Positions 10,320 to 19,783 of a DNA stretch of 63,290 nt are shown one piece after another. The translations under genes were made by a program, and so were the position numbers. A model generated the notes under the pieces. It made no database searches. It was not told the origin of the DNA and saw only the letters and a list, made by a program, of their open reading frames with translations. How positions within the stretch are numbered: position 1 is the first letter of the stretch; every line of letters starts with the position of its first letter. Source of the stretch: SAR202 cluster bacterium (GTDB lineage: Bacteria > Chloroflexota > Dehalococcoidia > Lucifugimonadales > UBA6952); assembly GCA_009392515.1 (NCBI GenBank), contig VFGE01000019.1, positions 1 to 63,290 of the forward strand. Direction: 5' to 3'.

Positions 10320-10357
10320 ATAAAAAAGAGGGGTTGAGTTCAACCCCTCTTTTTTAT
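10320..10357. terminator. Intrinsic terminator hairpin after MmgE/PrpD paralog 2
   Basis: ATAAAAAAGAGGGGTTGA / TCAACCCCTCTTTTTTAT perfect inverted repeat with A and T tracts. Confidence 0.85.
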
Positions 10358-10366
10358 AATAGTAAG

Positions 10367-11542
10367 ATGAATAATTTACCACTTTCAGGTATCAAAGTTA
10401 TCGAAATTGCACATATAGTAGCTGGACCCACAGCTGGTCTGATTTTAGGGGATTTGGGTGCTGAAGTTATTAAAATTGAACCACCTAATGCACTTGATGC
10501 TAGTCGAATTGGATCAGGCAGAAATGGAAGCTTTTTCTTTGTGAATCGAAATAAATCCAGTATAGTTATAGATCTGAAAAGCTCAAAAGGGCTTGAGATA
10601 CTTTACAAATTACTAGAAGATACTGATGTACTCATTGAAAATATGGCACCTGGAACTATGAATAGGCTTGGAATAGGTTACGAACAACTAAGTACAAAAT
10701 TCCCCAGATTGATATATCTCAGCGTAAAAGGCTTTTTAAGTGGCCCTTATAGCAATCAAACATCCCTGGATGAGCTTGCGCAAATGGGATCAGGCCTTGC
10801 ATATATGACAGGTAGGTCAGGAGATCCAATACGTGCAGGAGCTAGTATTATAGATATGGGCGCAGCAATGCATGGAATAATTGGAGTGCTTTCAGCTTTA
10901 TATACTAGAAGTATTACACAAAAAGGACAGGAAATTACTTCAGGTTTGTTTGAAACCGCATTATTTTTTGTTGGACAACATATGGCATTTAATCAACATT
11001 CAGGAACTACCAATGTCCCATTACCTGAACGTCATCATGGATGGGGTGTATATGACAAATTCCGTTGTATTGATGGAGAATTGGTATTTATTGGTGTCAC
11101 AAGTAATAATCAATGGAACACGTTCTGTAAAATCTTACAATTGGACGAATTAGCAGATAATGAAGAATTAAAAGATAATCCTGGTAGAATAGCAAATAGA
11201 CCATTAATTCTTCGTACAGTTACTCCCATTATTGAAAATATGAAAAGTTCCAGAATTCTAGACATGTTAAGGGAAAATGGAATCTCAGCAACCCTTGTTC
11301 ACACACCTGATACTGTAATTACCGATCCACATGTAAATTCTGGAAAAAGATTATACAATTTTACTTCTGACGGAAAAGATTTTGCCTTACCTAAATTACC
11401 TTATGAAAGTAGTAATTATGAATTTACTAAATCTTTACCTGCTCCTGACAAACCTGGATTGCAAACAAATTCAATATTAAAAAAAATGGGATACACCGAT
11501 ACTGAGATAAGTGAATTTTTTGACGACAATATTGTACAATAA
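10367..11542 (+). CDS. Family III CoA-transferase (CaiB/BaiF)
   Basis: PLSGIKVIE, LGDLGAEVIKIEPP, NRNKSSI, DVLIENM and putative catalytic Asp in ASIIDMG. Start placed at ATG 10367 because the upstream TTG lies inside the terminator. Confidence 0.92.
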   Translation: MNNLPLSGIKVIEIAHIVAGPTAGLILGDLGAEVIKIEPPNALDASRIGSGRNGSFFFVNRNKSSIVIDLKSSKGLEILYKLLEDTDVLIENMAPGTMNRLGIGYEQLSTKFPRLIYLSVKGFLSGPYSNQTSLDELAQMGSGLAYMTGRSGDPIRAGASIIDMGAAMHGIIGVLSALYTRSITQKGQEITSGLFETALFFVGQHMAFNQHSGTTNVPLPERHHGWGVYDKFRCIDGELVFIGVTSNNQWNTFCKILQLDELADNEELKDNPGRIANRPLILRTVTPIIENMKSSRILDMLRENGISATLVHTPDTVITDPHVNSGKRLYNFTSDGKDFALPKLPYESSNYEFTKSLPAPDKPGLQTNSILKKMGYTDTEISEFFDDNIVQ

Positions 11543-11546
11543 GGTT

Positions 11547-12062
11547 ATGGAAACCATAATCATAGATGTTAATATATTCGAAGAATTTTCTAACGATCTA
11601 TCTGAAGTATGGATAGAAAAAATAGCACTGAATTCCCTGAGACTAGGTTTGCTTTCATTAAATTCTGAATTTATCCTTGAATACCATTCTCTAGGAATTA
11701 CTATAGCAGACGATATAACAATTCAAGGCTTAAATAATGATTATAGAGGGTTAAATGAAATAACTGATGTTCTTGCATTCTCCGAAAATTACCCAGGAGA
11801 ATATTATGGTGAAAGTGAAAAAACAATATCTACTGCAGAATCTTTCCCCAATGAGACTGGATATGCGGGTGAAATCGTTTTATCATATCCACAATGCAAA
11901 CGACAAGCTGAAGAAAACAAAATTTCTATCAATAAAGAATTAGCTACATTAGTTTCTCATGGTGTTCTTCACTTAATTGGTTATGATCATACAAATGATA
12001 ATGAACTAAAAATTATGGAACAAATTCAAATTGATTCAATTAAACATTTATTGGATACATAA
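11547..12062 (+). CDS. ybeY: rRNA maturation endoribonuclease YbeY
   Basis: LNNDYRG, TDVLAF and the HGVLHLIGYDH zinc motif. Confidence 0.92.
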   Translation: METIIIDVNIFEEFSNDLSEVWIEKIALNSLRLGLLSLNSEFILEYHSLGITIADDITIQGLNNDYRGLNEITDVLAFSENYPGEYYGESEKTISTAESFPNETGYAGEIVLSYPQCKRQAEENKISINKELATLVSHGVLHLIGYDHTNDNELKIMEQIQIDSIKHLLDT

Positions 12063-12068
12063 TTTACA

Positions 12069-13706
12069 ATGAACAATTACGTTTTATATAGGAAATGGCG
12101 CCCAAAGAGTTTTTCTGAATTGGTTGGTCAAACAGCAATTAGAAAAACCCTAATGAATGCAATATCTCAAAATAGAATTGCCCATGCCTATCTTTTTAGT
12201 GGCCCTAGAGGTACCGGAAAAACAAGTACAGCAAGAATATTAGCTAAGGCAATTAATTGTAAAACTGAAAATACTGAAGAGAAGTTAATTTGTAATACTT
12301 GCGAAAATTGTATAGAAATTAATTCATCAAATTCATTAGACCTCATTGAAATTGATGCTGCTAGTAATCGTGGTATAGATGAAATAAGAAGTATAAGGGA
12401 TAAAAGTAATTATTCCCCTTCCAAAAGTCTATATAAGATTTATGTGTTAGATGAAGCACATATGCTAACAAAAGATGCGTCTAACGCTTTACTTAAAACA
12501 TTGGAAGAACCCCCTCCTCATGTAGTATTTATATTAGCTACTACAGAAGCAGATAAAATGGAGCCTACTATACTTTCAAGATGTCAAAGATTTGATTTTA
12601 AAAAAATTGACAATAATGATATCGTGCAAAGGCTCGAACAAATAGCGAATTATGAAAAAGTTAATATTTCTGAATCAGCAATTAAAAGAATCGCAGAAAT
12701 ATCAGAAGGAAGTTTAAGAGACGCTGAAAGCTTTCTCGAACAAATCATACTATCGAATGATGAAGAATATATTGATGCTAATCAAATTAACAGCATTCTT
12801 GGCATAACTGATTCAAAACAAATAGAATTATTACAAGAATCAATACTTTCAGGAAATATTACCGAAACAATACAATTGATAAATAATTGTGTTTCTAACA
12901 ATACTAGTATTAAACAATTGCATAATAGTTTGATTATCACGTTAAGAGAAACATTGATTCATCAAGCAACTACTTCAAATAATACTGAACAAATATTACA
13001 TATCGCGAAATGTCTTAAAATACTAGTAAATTTAGATTTTTCTAAATCATTAAATCATGCATCTAGTCTTGAAATAGCTGCTATAGAAGCTTCTATGTTA
13101 AAAGAAAATGAAAACCTTGAGTCCTTCAAGAGGATTGCAAATGAAAAAACGATCAACACTCCCAAAAATATACCTAGCGAAACTCCTACAAAGATGATCA
13201 ATCAAATAGATGAAATGGTAGAACCAAATTTACAAGATCCCGAAGGAAATGATCAAAATGATCCGGGTACAGATACAAAAAATCAAAAAAGTATAGAAGC
13301 CACTTCTGAACAAAAACCCCAAATAACAAATGAAAATATAATAAAAACGGAATCATGGCAATTAATAATCGAAAAGTTTGCTAAAATTAAGGGAGAACGT
13401 TTTGCAATTGGAGCATTATTACGCGACTGTAGAGAAGCGTCAATTGATAATGATAAATTATGCTTAAGCTTTGCAAGTAATTCAAATCAAGAACGCTTTA
13501 TCGGGGAATTGGATCATGGCAGAATTAAATTAGATTTAATCGAATCGATCTCTAAAACTTTTCAAATACCCTCTCTGAATGAAATTGTTTATAATGATAC
13601 AGAAAAAAAGAGTAACTCTAATAATAATAGTATGAATTTATCAGTTATGAAAGCTCTCAATTGGGGCGGTCAAATTATCGAAGATGAGGTACAAAATGAT
13701 GAATAA
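12069..13706 (+). CDS. dnaX: DNA polymerase III subunit gamma/tau
   Basis: LYRKWRP, GPRGTGKT Walker A, EIDAASNRGID, DEAHML, LLKTLEEPP, SRCQRF. Confidence 0.96.
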   Translation: MNNYVLYRKWRPKSFSELVGQTAIRKTLMNAISQNRIAHAYLFSGPRGTGKTSTARILAKAINCKTENTEEKLICNTCENCIEINSSNSLDLIEIDAASNRGIDEIRSIRDKSNYSPSKSLYKIYVLDEAHMLTKDASNALLKTLEEPPPHVVFILATTEADKMEPTILSRCQRFDFKKIDNNDIVQRLEQIANYEKVNISESAIKRIAEISEGSLRDAESFLEQIILSNDEEYIDANQINSILGITDSKQIELLQESILSGNITETIQLINNCVSNNTSIKQLHNSLIITLRETLIHQATTSNNTEQILHIAKCLKILVNLDFSKSLNHASSLEIAAIEASMLKENENLESFKRIANEKTINTPKNIPSETPTKMINQIDEMVEPNLQDPEGNDQNDPGTDTKNQKSIEATSEQKPQITNENIIKTESWQLIIEKFAKIKGERFAIGALLRDCREASIDNDKLCLSFASNSNQERFIGELDHGRIKLDLIESISKTFQIPSLNEIVYNDTEKKSNSNNNSMNLSVMKALNWGGQIIEDEVQNDE

Positions 13707-14004
13707 AAATATGATTAAGCAAGCACAACAACTACAACAAAAACTCATGGAAGAGCAACAAAAACTTGAATCTGAAACTGTTACAGGTTCATCGGGTGGA
13801 GGGGCTATTCAAATTACTATTAATGGGAAATATCAAGTTACTGAAATTTCAATTGATCCGGAAACAATTGATCCAGAAAATGTGGACATGTTAGAAGACT
13901 TAATCACCACAGGTTTTAATGAAGCAATTGAAAAAATACAACAATTAAGTGCTTCTAGACTTAATTCCTTAACAGGAGGATTCAAGCTTCCTGGAATTTC
14001 TTAA
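13696..14004 (+). CDS. ybaB: YbaB/EbfC nucleoid-associated protein
   Basis: MIKQAQQLQ, SGGGAI, DPENVDMLEDLI; sits in dnaX-ybaB-recR synteny; GAGGT SD. Confidence 0.92.
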   Translation: MMNKNMIKQAQQLQQKLMEEQQKLESETVTGSSGGGAIQITINGKYQVTEISIDPETIDPENVDMLEDLITTGFNEAIEKIQQLSASRLNSLTGGFKLPGIS

Positions 14005-14030
14005 GAATTAAATTGTGAAAGTAAACTTAT

Positions 14031-14645
14031 ATGCAAATTCCTGAACAAAATCACTCAGTTAAAATAATTTCAAAACTTATTAATGAATTGTCTAAACTGC
14101 CAGGAATTGGACCCAAAAGTGCCCAGAGATTGGCATATCATTTTATTAAATTACCGAGTTCTGAGGTAATTGAATTATCTAGTTCTCTCATAGAACTCAA
14201 AGAAAAAATTCTATATTGTGATATATGCCAAAATTTAAGTGATCAAAACCCTTGTACAATTTGTACTAATAATCGACGTGACCAAAAAATTATATGTGTA
14301 ATTGAAGAACCTTTAGACATACTTGCATTTGAAAGAACAGGATCATATAACGGTCTTTATCACGTATTGCATGGCGTTCTTTCTCCAATTAACGGGATTG
14401 GTCCAAATAACCTTAAAATAAATGAATTACTAAATCGAATAAAAGTAAATGATATAGATGAAATAATCTTAGCAACTAATCCCAGTATAGAGGGAGAAAG
14501 TACGGCTATGTACATTCAAGAAATTATAGGAAATTTGGTGCCCAAAGTTACTAGATTGGCAAGAGGCCTCCCAGTTGGTGGAGATATAGAATATGCTGAC
14601 CAAATGACTATTATGAGAGCTCTACAAGGACGTCAAGAAATATAA
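14031..14645 (+). CDS. recR: Recombination mediator RecR
   Basis: LPGIGPKSAQR HhH, C4 zinc finger, YHVLHG, Toprim ATNPSIEGE. Confidence 0.96.
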   Translation: MQIPEQNHSVKIISKLINELSKLPGIGPKSAQRLAYHFIKLPSSEVIELSSSLIELKEKILYCDICQNLSDQNPCTICTNNRRDQKIICVIEEPLDILAFERTGSYNGLYHVLHGVLSPINGIGPNNLKINELLNRIKVNDIDEIILATNPSIEGESTAMYIQEIIGNLVPKVTRLARGLPVGGDIEYADQMTIMRALQGRQEI

Positions 14646-14684
14646 ATGTTCAAATATTTGTAATTAATACTAAAGTGAGATTTT

Positions 14685-15428
14685 GTGGTTAATAGAGAGC
14701 GTTCCTATAAAACTGAAGCCATTATTTTAAATTCAAAAACTTTTGGTGAATCAGGCCATATCTATATTGTCTTTACCCCAGAATTTGGAAAATTAAGTAT
14801 AGGCGCAAATGGTACAAAAAAACCTAAAAGCAAACTGTCCGGTCATCTACAAATTAGCAATCGTTGTAATCTAGTAATTGCTAAAGGGAAAAGTATTGAT
14901 ACTATTTCTTCAGCCGAAACTACAGAACTATTTCCAAACATCAGAGAAAGTTATGACTTAATTAATAATGTTTTTTATGTCATGGAGTTATTTGATGTTT
15001 TTAATCCTATTAATGAAATTAATAAAGATGCTTACAATCTATTATTAGATTCTTTAAGATGGCTAAATATTAACCAAAATGTAAATTTACTAATTTTATA
15101 TATAAGAATGAAAATTCTTATCATAAGTGGATGGGATTTAAATTTTTCAAGTTGCAATATATGTTTTGATGAAAATAAGGAAAATCTCAGTTCCATCAAT
15201 TCTAACTATGGAGGTGCAATTTGTAATATGTGTAAGCCTACAATTGACAATTCTCTTTCGACTGATGCTCAATCCATTAAATTATTACATTATATTTCTT
15301 TAGCCACTAGAGAAAAATTATTATCCCTAAACCTTGAAACCCCGTTGATAAAAAAATGTTTAGCTATTACTGAATTTCTAATACATGATAATTTAGGATT
15401 TAAGTTAAAAACTAAACTATTCTTATAG
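14685..15428 (+). CDS. recO: DNA repair protein RecO
   Basis: YKTEAIIL..FGE, FTPEFGK, KPKSKLSGHL and CxxC...CxxC zinc site. Confidence 0.85.
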   Translation: MVNRERSYKTEAIILNSKTFGESGHIYIVFTPEFGKLSIGANGTKKPKSKLSGHLQISNRCNLVIAKGKSIDTISSAETTELFPNIRESYDLINNVFYVMELFDVFNPINEINKDAYNLLLDSLRWLNINQNVNLLILYIRMKILIISGWDLNFSSCNICFDENKENLSSINSNYGGAICNMCKPTIDNSLSTDAQSIKLLHYISLATREKLLSLNLETPLIKKCLAITEFLIHDNLGFKLKTKLFL

Positions 15429-15488
15429 AAAATCTGTAAAGTTTGTATTTAAATGCTATTTGGTAACAGAAAATCTTTTGAGTTTGTA
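15427..15488. repeat. 21-bp imperfect direct repeat upstream of the biotin carboxylase gene
   Basis: AGAAAATCTgtaaAGTTTGTA (15427-15447) and AGAAAATCTtttgAGTTTGTA (15468-15488), period 41 bp. Confidence 0.7.
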
Positions 15489-15506
15489 ATAGAATACTAA
15501 CCGATT

Positions 15507-17021
15507 ATGAATAATACAATAAAACCCTTTAAAAAAATACTTATAGCAAACCGTGGTGAAATTGCTTGTAGAGTCATAAAAACATGTAACAATATTGGAA
15601 TTAAAACCGTTGCAATATATTCAGATGCTGATCAAGATGCTTTACATGTAAAATTTGCTGATGAATCAAAACCTTTAGGAGGATTAACTCCTACGGAAAG
15701 TTATTTGAACATAGATAAAATAATTCAAATAGCTATTGAGACTAATTCTGAAGCTATTCATCCAGGGTATGGATTTTTATCAGAAAATATTGATTTTGCA
15801 AAAGCATGTGTGGATAACAATATTGTATTTATAGGCCCATCTACTGAAGCTATACAAAAAATGGGAGACAAAGTTACAGCTATTCAAACAGCCATGAAAG
15901 CAGGAGTTCCTTGCCTACCAGGTACATATGCACCCGTTACCTATGCAAAAGCAAAAAAAGTCTGCGATGAAATCGGTTATCCAGTTATGGTAAAAGCCTC
16001 TGCTGGTGGGGGGGGTATAGGCATTAGAAAAGTTGATTCAGCAGAAGATCTTGAAGAATCATTTAAACAGGCACAATCATTGGCTGAAAGTTCTTTTGGG
16101 AATTCTAAACTATATGTTGAAAAATATATGACGAATGGATCTCATGTAGAAGTACAAGTTTTAGCAGACCTTCATGGAAATGCTATACACCTTTTTGAAC
16201 GAGACTGCTCAGTTCAAAGAAGGAATCAAAAAATAATTGAAGAAACACCCTGTACCAAACTCACTGATCAAAAAAGAAAAGAACTTTGGAATTCTGCCAT
16301 TGATTTAGTTAAACATATAAATTATACCAATGCAGGTACTGTAGAATTTTTGGTCGATGAGGAATCTAATTTCTATTTCCTTGAAATGAATACTAGACTT
16401 CAGGTTGAACATCCAGTTACTGAAATGACTACAAACCTAGATATTGTCGATCTACAAATTAGAATAGCTGCAGGAGAAAAATTAGGCATTGAACAGGAAG
16501 ACATTAAACAAACTGGACACTCCATTGAAGCCCGTATTTATCCTGAAGATCCTAAGACATTTTTACCGACAATTGGTAAAATTTCTTCTCTTGAATTACC
16601 TGAAAAGAAAAATATACGAATTGATGCATCCATATTTGAAGGATATGAAGTATCGCCTTATTACGAACCCATGATGGGTAAATTCATCGCTTGGGGACGA
16701 AATAGAAAAGAATGTATTGTAAATTTTATTAAATATTTAAAATCTACAAAGATTGTTGGTATCACGCACAACATTCCATTAATTATAGAAATCTTGCAAT
16801 CCGAAGGATTTGTAAATCATAAGTTTTCAACAAATTTTCTTACTGATGTTTTTCCATATGAAAATAATAATACTAGCGATGAAGAAATAGTTGCCGCTAT
16901 AACAATTGCATTAAATGAGATTTTTGGCTCAAAATCAAATTCACCAAGTTTGAATAACTGGAAAATGCAAGGAAGAGTATCTCAGATGAATCAAGGTAGC
17001 TTTGGTGGACTACGATGGTAA
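15507..17021 (+). CDS. accC: Biotin carboxylase (acyl-CoA carboxylase BC subunit)
   Basis: ANRGEIA, HPGYGFLSEN, GGGGIG, RDCSVQRRNQK, EMNTRLQVEHPVTE. Confidence 0.92.
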   Translation: MNNTIKPFKKILIANRGEIACRVIKTCNNIGIKTVAIYSDADQDALHVKFADESKPLGGLTPTESYLNIDKIIQIAIETNSEAIHPGYGFLSENIDFAKACVDNNIVFIGPSTEAIQKMGDKVTAIQTAMKAGVPCLPGTYAPVTYAKAKKVCDEIGYPVMVKASAGGGGIGIRKVDSAEDLEESFKQAQSLAESSFGNSKLYVEKYMTNGSHVEVQVLADLHGNAIHLFERDCSVQRRNQKIIEETPCTKLTDQKRKELWNSAIDLVKHINYTNAGTVEFLVDEESNFYFLEMNTRLQVEHPVTEMTTNLDIVDLQIRIAAGEKLGIEQEDIKQTGHSIEARIYPEDPKTFLPTIGKISSLELPEKKNIRIDASIFEGYEVSPYYEPMMGKFIAWGRNRKECIVNFIKYLKSTKIVGITHNIPLIIEILQSEGFVNHKFSTNFLTDVFPYENNNTSDEEIVAAITIALNEIFGSKSNSPSLNNWKMQGRVSQMNQGSFGGLRW

Positions 17022-17440
17022 AAAAACAAATTACGGTGCTAGTTAATGGGAAATCCCATATAGTAGAGATAGAAGATATTACTTCTTATCCTTTTGATAT
17101 TTATGTCGATGGGAAGAAAATGAGTGTATCAGTTCAAAATTCTACTGTAAACAAAACTGCTACAACATCAAATGTACCAGATCTAAACGAAACTAATAAT
17201 GGCCTAAAGGGTTTAACACAAAATGGAAACAAACTTATTAGATCTCCTATGCCAGGAAAAGTAATCTCAGTTCCAATAAAAATTTGGGACCACATTGAAG
17301 AAGGGTCAGAAATTTGTGTAATTGAATCCATGAAAATGCAACAAAGTTTATTGTCCGGAAATGCAGGTATTGTGAGAGCAGTATTTATAAACGAAGGAGA
17401 CTCGGTTAATACTGGTGATGTAGTAATTCAAATACAATAG
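17015..17440 (+). CDS. Biotin carboxyl carrier protein
   Basis: SPMPGKV and the ESMKM biotinylation motif. Confidence 0.9.
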   Translation: MVKKQITVLVNGKSHIVEIEDITSYPFDIYVDGKKMSVSVQNSTVNKTATTSNVPDLNETNNGLKGLTQNGNKLIRSPMPGKVISVPIKIWDHIEEGSEICVIESMKMQQSLLSGNAGIVRAVFINEGDSVNTGDVVIQIQ

Positions 17441-17441
17441 G

Positions 17442-18146
17442 TTATTTGATTAGCATTTGTATTTTATCCCATATTATATTATGAATTTCATCAACTGATT
17501 TAGTCGCATCTACTGTAAGCCAACTAGAATCTTTACTCATAGCAACATATCCCTGAAAAACACGTTTATGGAAATTTATTGATTCAAGTTCAAATCTTCG
17601 ACTACCTTCTACGTCCATTCTTGGGTTTTCTTTTTCAATAGAATTAGACACAGTATCTAATAAAGATAATTGAGAATTAACTCTACCTAATGCTTGATCT
17701 GGGGCAACACTTAAAAAAATTGTAATATCCGGCCTAATACCATTAGTACTCACATTTATAATATTTTCTATAGTATCTAAATCAATTTTTCTACCATAGC
17801 CTTGATATGCAATAGTAGATGCGATAAACCGATCACAAATAATTATTGTATCTTTTTGCAAATTCGGCTTTATTACTTTTTCTATCAACTCACTTCTTGC
17901 AGAAGAAAAAAGGAAAAGTTCTGTTAAGGAATTCATGGTAGTATTATTTAAACGTGAAGATTTTTTCTTAATTGAACCACGTTCAGCTAATAAAATTCTT
18001 CTAACTTCTTCTCCAACAGATGTACCACCAGGTTCATGCAGCAATAAAGACGAAAACCCTTCATTAATTATTCGTTCATAAAGTAGTTTTGATTGTGTAG
18101 ATTTTCCGCTACCTTCTCCACCTTCAAATGCTACAAAAACGCTCAT
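17442..18146 (-). CDS. tmk: Thymidylate kinase
   Basis: FEGGEGSGKSTQ, EPGGT, CDRFIASTIAYQGYGR. Start overlaps the upstream stop (TAATG). Confidence 0.95.
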   Translation of the reverse strand: MSVFVAFEGGEGSGKSTQSKLLYERIINEGFSSLLLHEPGGTSVGEEVRRILLAERGSIKKKSSRLNNTTMNSLTELFLFSSARSELIEKVIKPNLQKDTIIICDRFIASTIAYQGYGRKIDLDTIENIINVSTNGIRPDITIFLSVAPDQALGRVNSQLSLLDTVSNSIEKENPRMDVEGSRRFELESINFHKRVFQGYVAMSKDSSWLTVDATKSVDEIHNIIWDKIQMLIK

Positions 18147-19750
18147 TACCAACCTTTTTCTGTTTTCTTAAACACTCTAATATATCTTTCAGGTTCTTTC
18201 CCATAACTAATTGAAACTAAAGAATTATTATCTAAAACCTGATGCTGTAATTTACGAGTATACGCGTCCTGCGGTTCTAATTGTACACTTGAAGAACCAT
18301 TTTGAATTTGTAATATAGCATTTTCGGCATCTTCCAATGCTTCTTGAATTGAAGATTTTACTTTTTTATATGAATCTAAATTTTTTATGAATTCAGAAAT
18401 TTGAGATACCGTATTTTTTCTTAATATGTGTACAGGAGTCCCATCTAATTCTGCGTTAGTGATGACTTTAGGACTTCTTCTATACTGACTTTTAGTTGTA
18501 ACTACAATTTGTGCATCTTTCACATTTTCTACAATTTTCATATTGGTTTTATAAAAATCTGCTAATTGACGAATAGTACTTTTACTTATACCAAATGGTA
18601 AAATTGCAGTGGAATCTATATCTCTACCATTTTCTAAATGTCCATTAGTTTTTTTAGCATATTTTTGGTAATTATTATTGCTGAACTCATTTCCCAATTC
18701 ATGTATTTCAGGTAATTCGAACTGCTTTTCTAAATCTGGTAGTAAAAATTCTTTTTGCTTGAGTACTTCTCCGGAACTATCTAACCATCGGATTTCAGGA
18801 TTAGGTTTAATTGATTTCAAGATATTATCTACAACATTACCAACTTCTTCATGGACAGCCATTTTTTCTCTATTTCTGATTTCCAATACTATTTCAAATG
18901 TTGGTGGTAATTTTCTTTCGGTTACCGTTTTCTGAGTACCCCTTTTTCTTGCTTCTTCATCTCCCAAAATAACTGTTTGGACACCCCCTACTAAATCAGA
19001 TAAAGTAGGGTTCATTAATAAACTTTCTAAATCATTACCATGTGCTGTAGCAATTAGCTGCACGCCTCGTTCTGCAATAGTTCTCGCAGCTTTAGCTTCA
19101 AGTTCTGTACCCATTTCATCAATGATAATTACTTCAGGCATATGATTTTCTACTGCTTCAATCATTATGTCATGCTGTAATTCTGGTCGTGCTACTTGCA
19201 TTCTTCTTGCTTTCCCAATACCAGGATGGGCCACAAACCCGTCACCTCCAATTTCATTAGAAGTATCGACAATTATCACTCTTTTAGCCAAATCAACAGA
19301 TAGTACTCTTGCTAATTCTCTTAAAATTGTAGTCTTACCTACTCCGGGTCGACCAAGTAATAACATACTTTTATCTTCGTTAACTAAATCCGTAATGGCT
19401 TTCGTAGTTCCTTGTACTGCCCTACCAACTCTGCATGTCACTCCAATAACAGTTTTATCTCTAGCCCGTATTGCAGAAAATCTATGTAGGGTTTTTTCAA
19501 CTCCAGCTCTATTATCATTACCAAAATCACCTATTTTCTTAGTCAATAAATCTAATTCTGCAAATGAAATAATGCTTAAATCCATTTCTTCATCACGATC
19601 AACAAATCTTACTTGAGGTCTGCGACCAAGATCTAAAACTACTTCAACGAGAGAATTTAGATTGTTATTTTGTAGAAGGCTCTCACGAATTTGGGATGGT
19701 AGAACATCTAAAAAACTATTTAGATCATCAATTTCCGCGTCTGGTTTCAT
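18146..19750 (-). CDS. Ycf45/SpoIIIAA-like AAA ATPase with C-terminal R3H domain
   Basis: VLDLGRRP, GRPGVGKTT, VDTSNEIGGDG, AVENHMPEVIIIDE, TAHG; R3H motif RKLQH. Confidence 0.88.
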   Translation of the reverse strand: MKPDAEIDDLNSFLDVLPSQIRESLLQNNNLNSLVEVVLDLGRRPQVRFVDRDEEMDLSIISFAELDLLTKKIGDFGNDNRAGVEKTLHRFSAIRARDKTVIGVTCRVGRAVQGTTKAITDLVNEDKSMLLLGRPGVGKTTILRELARVLSVDLAKRVIIVDTSNEIGGDGFVAHPGIGKARRMQVARPELQHDIMIEAVENHMPEVIIIDEMGTELEAKAARTIAERGVQLIATAHGNDLESLLMNPTLSDLVGGVQTVILGDEEARKRGTQKTVTERKLPPTFEIVLEIRNREKMAVHEEVGNVVDNILKSIKPNPEIRWLDSSGEVLKQKEFLLPDLEKQFELPEIHELGNEFSNNNYQKYAKKTNGHLENGRDIDSTAILPFGISKSTIRQLADFYKTNMKIVENVKDAQIVVTTKSQYRRSPKVITNAELDGTPVHILRKNTVSQISEFIKNLDSYKKVKSSIQEALEDAENAILQIQNGSSSVQLEPQDAYTRKLQHQVLDNNSLVSISYGKEPERYIRVFKKTEKGW

Positions 19751-19783
19751 GCATATCCCCTTTAATAAAATTAGATACTAATC

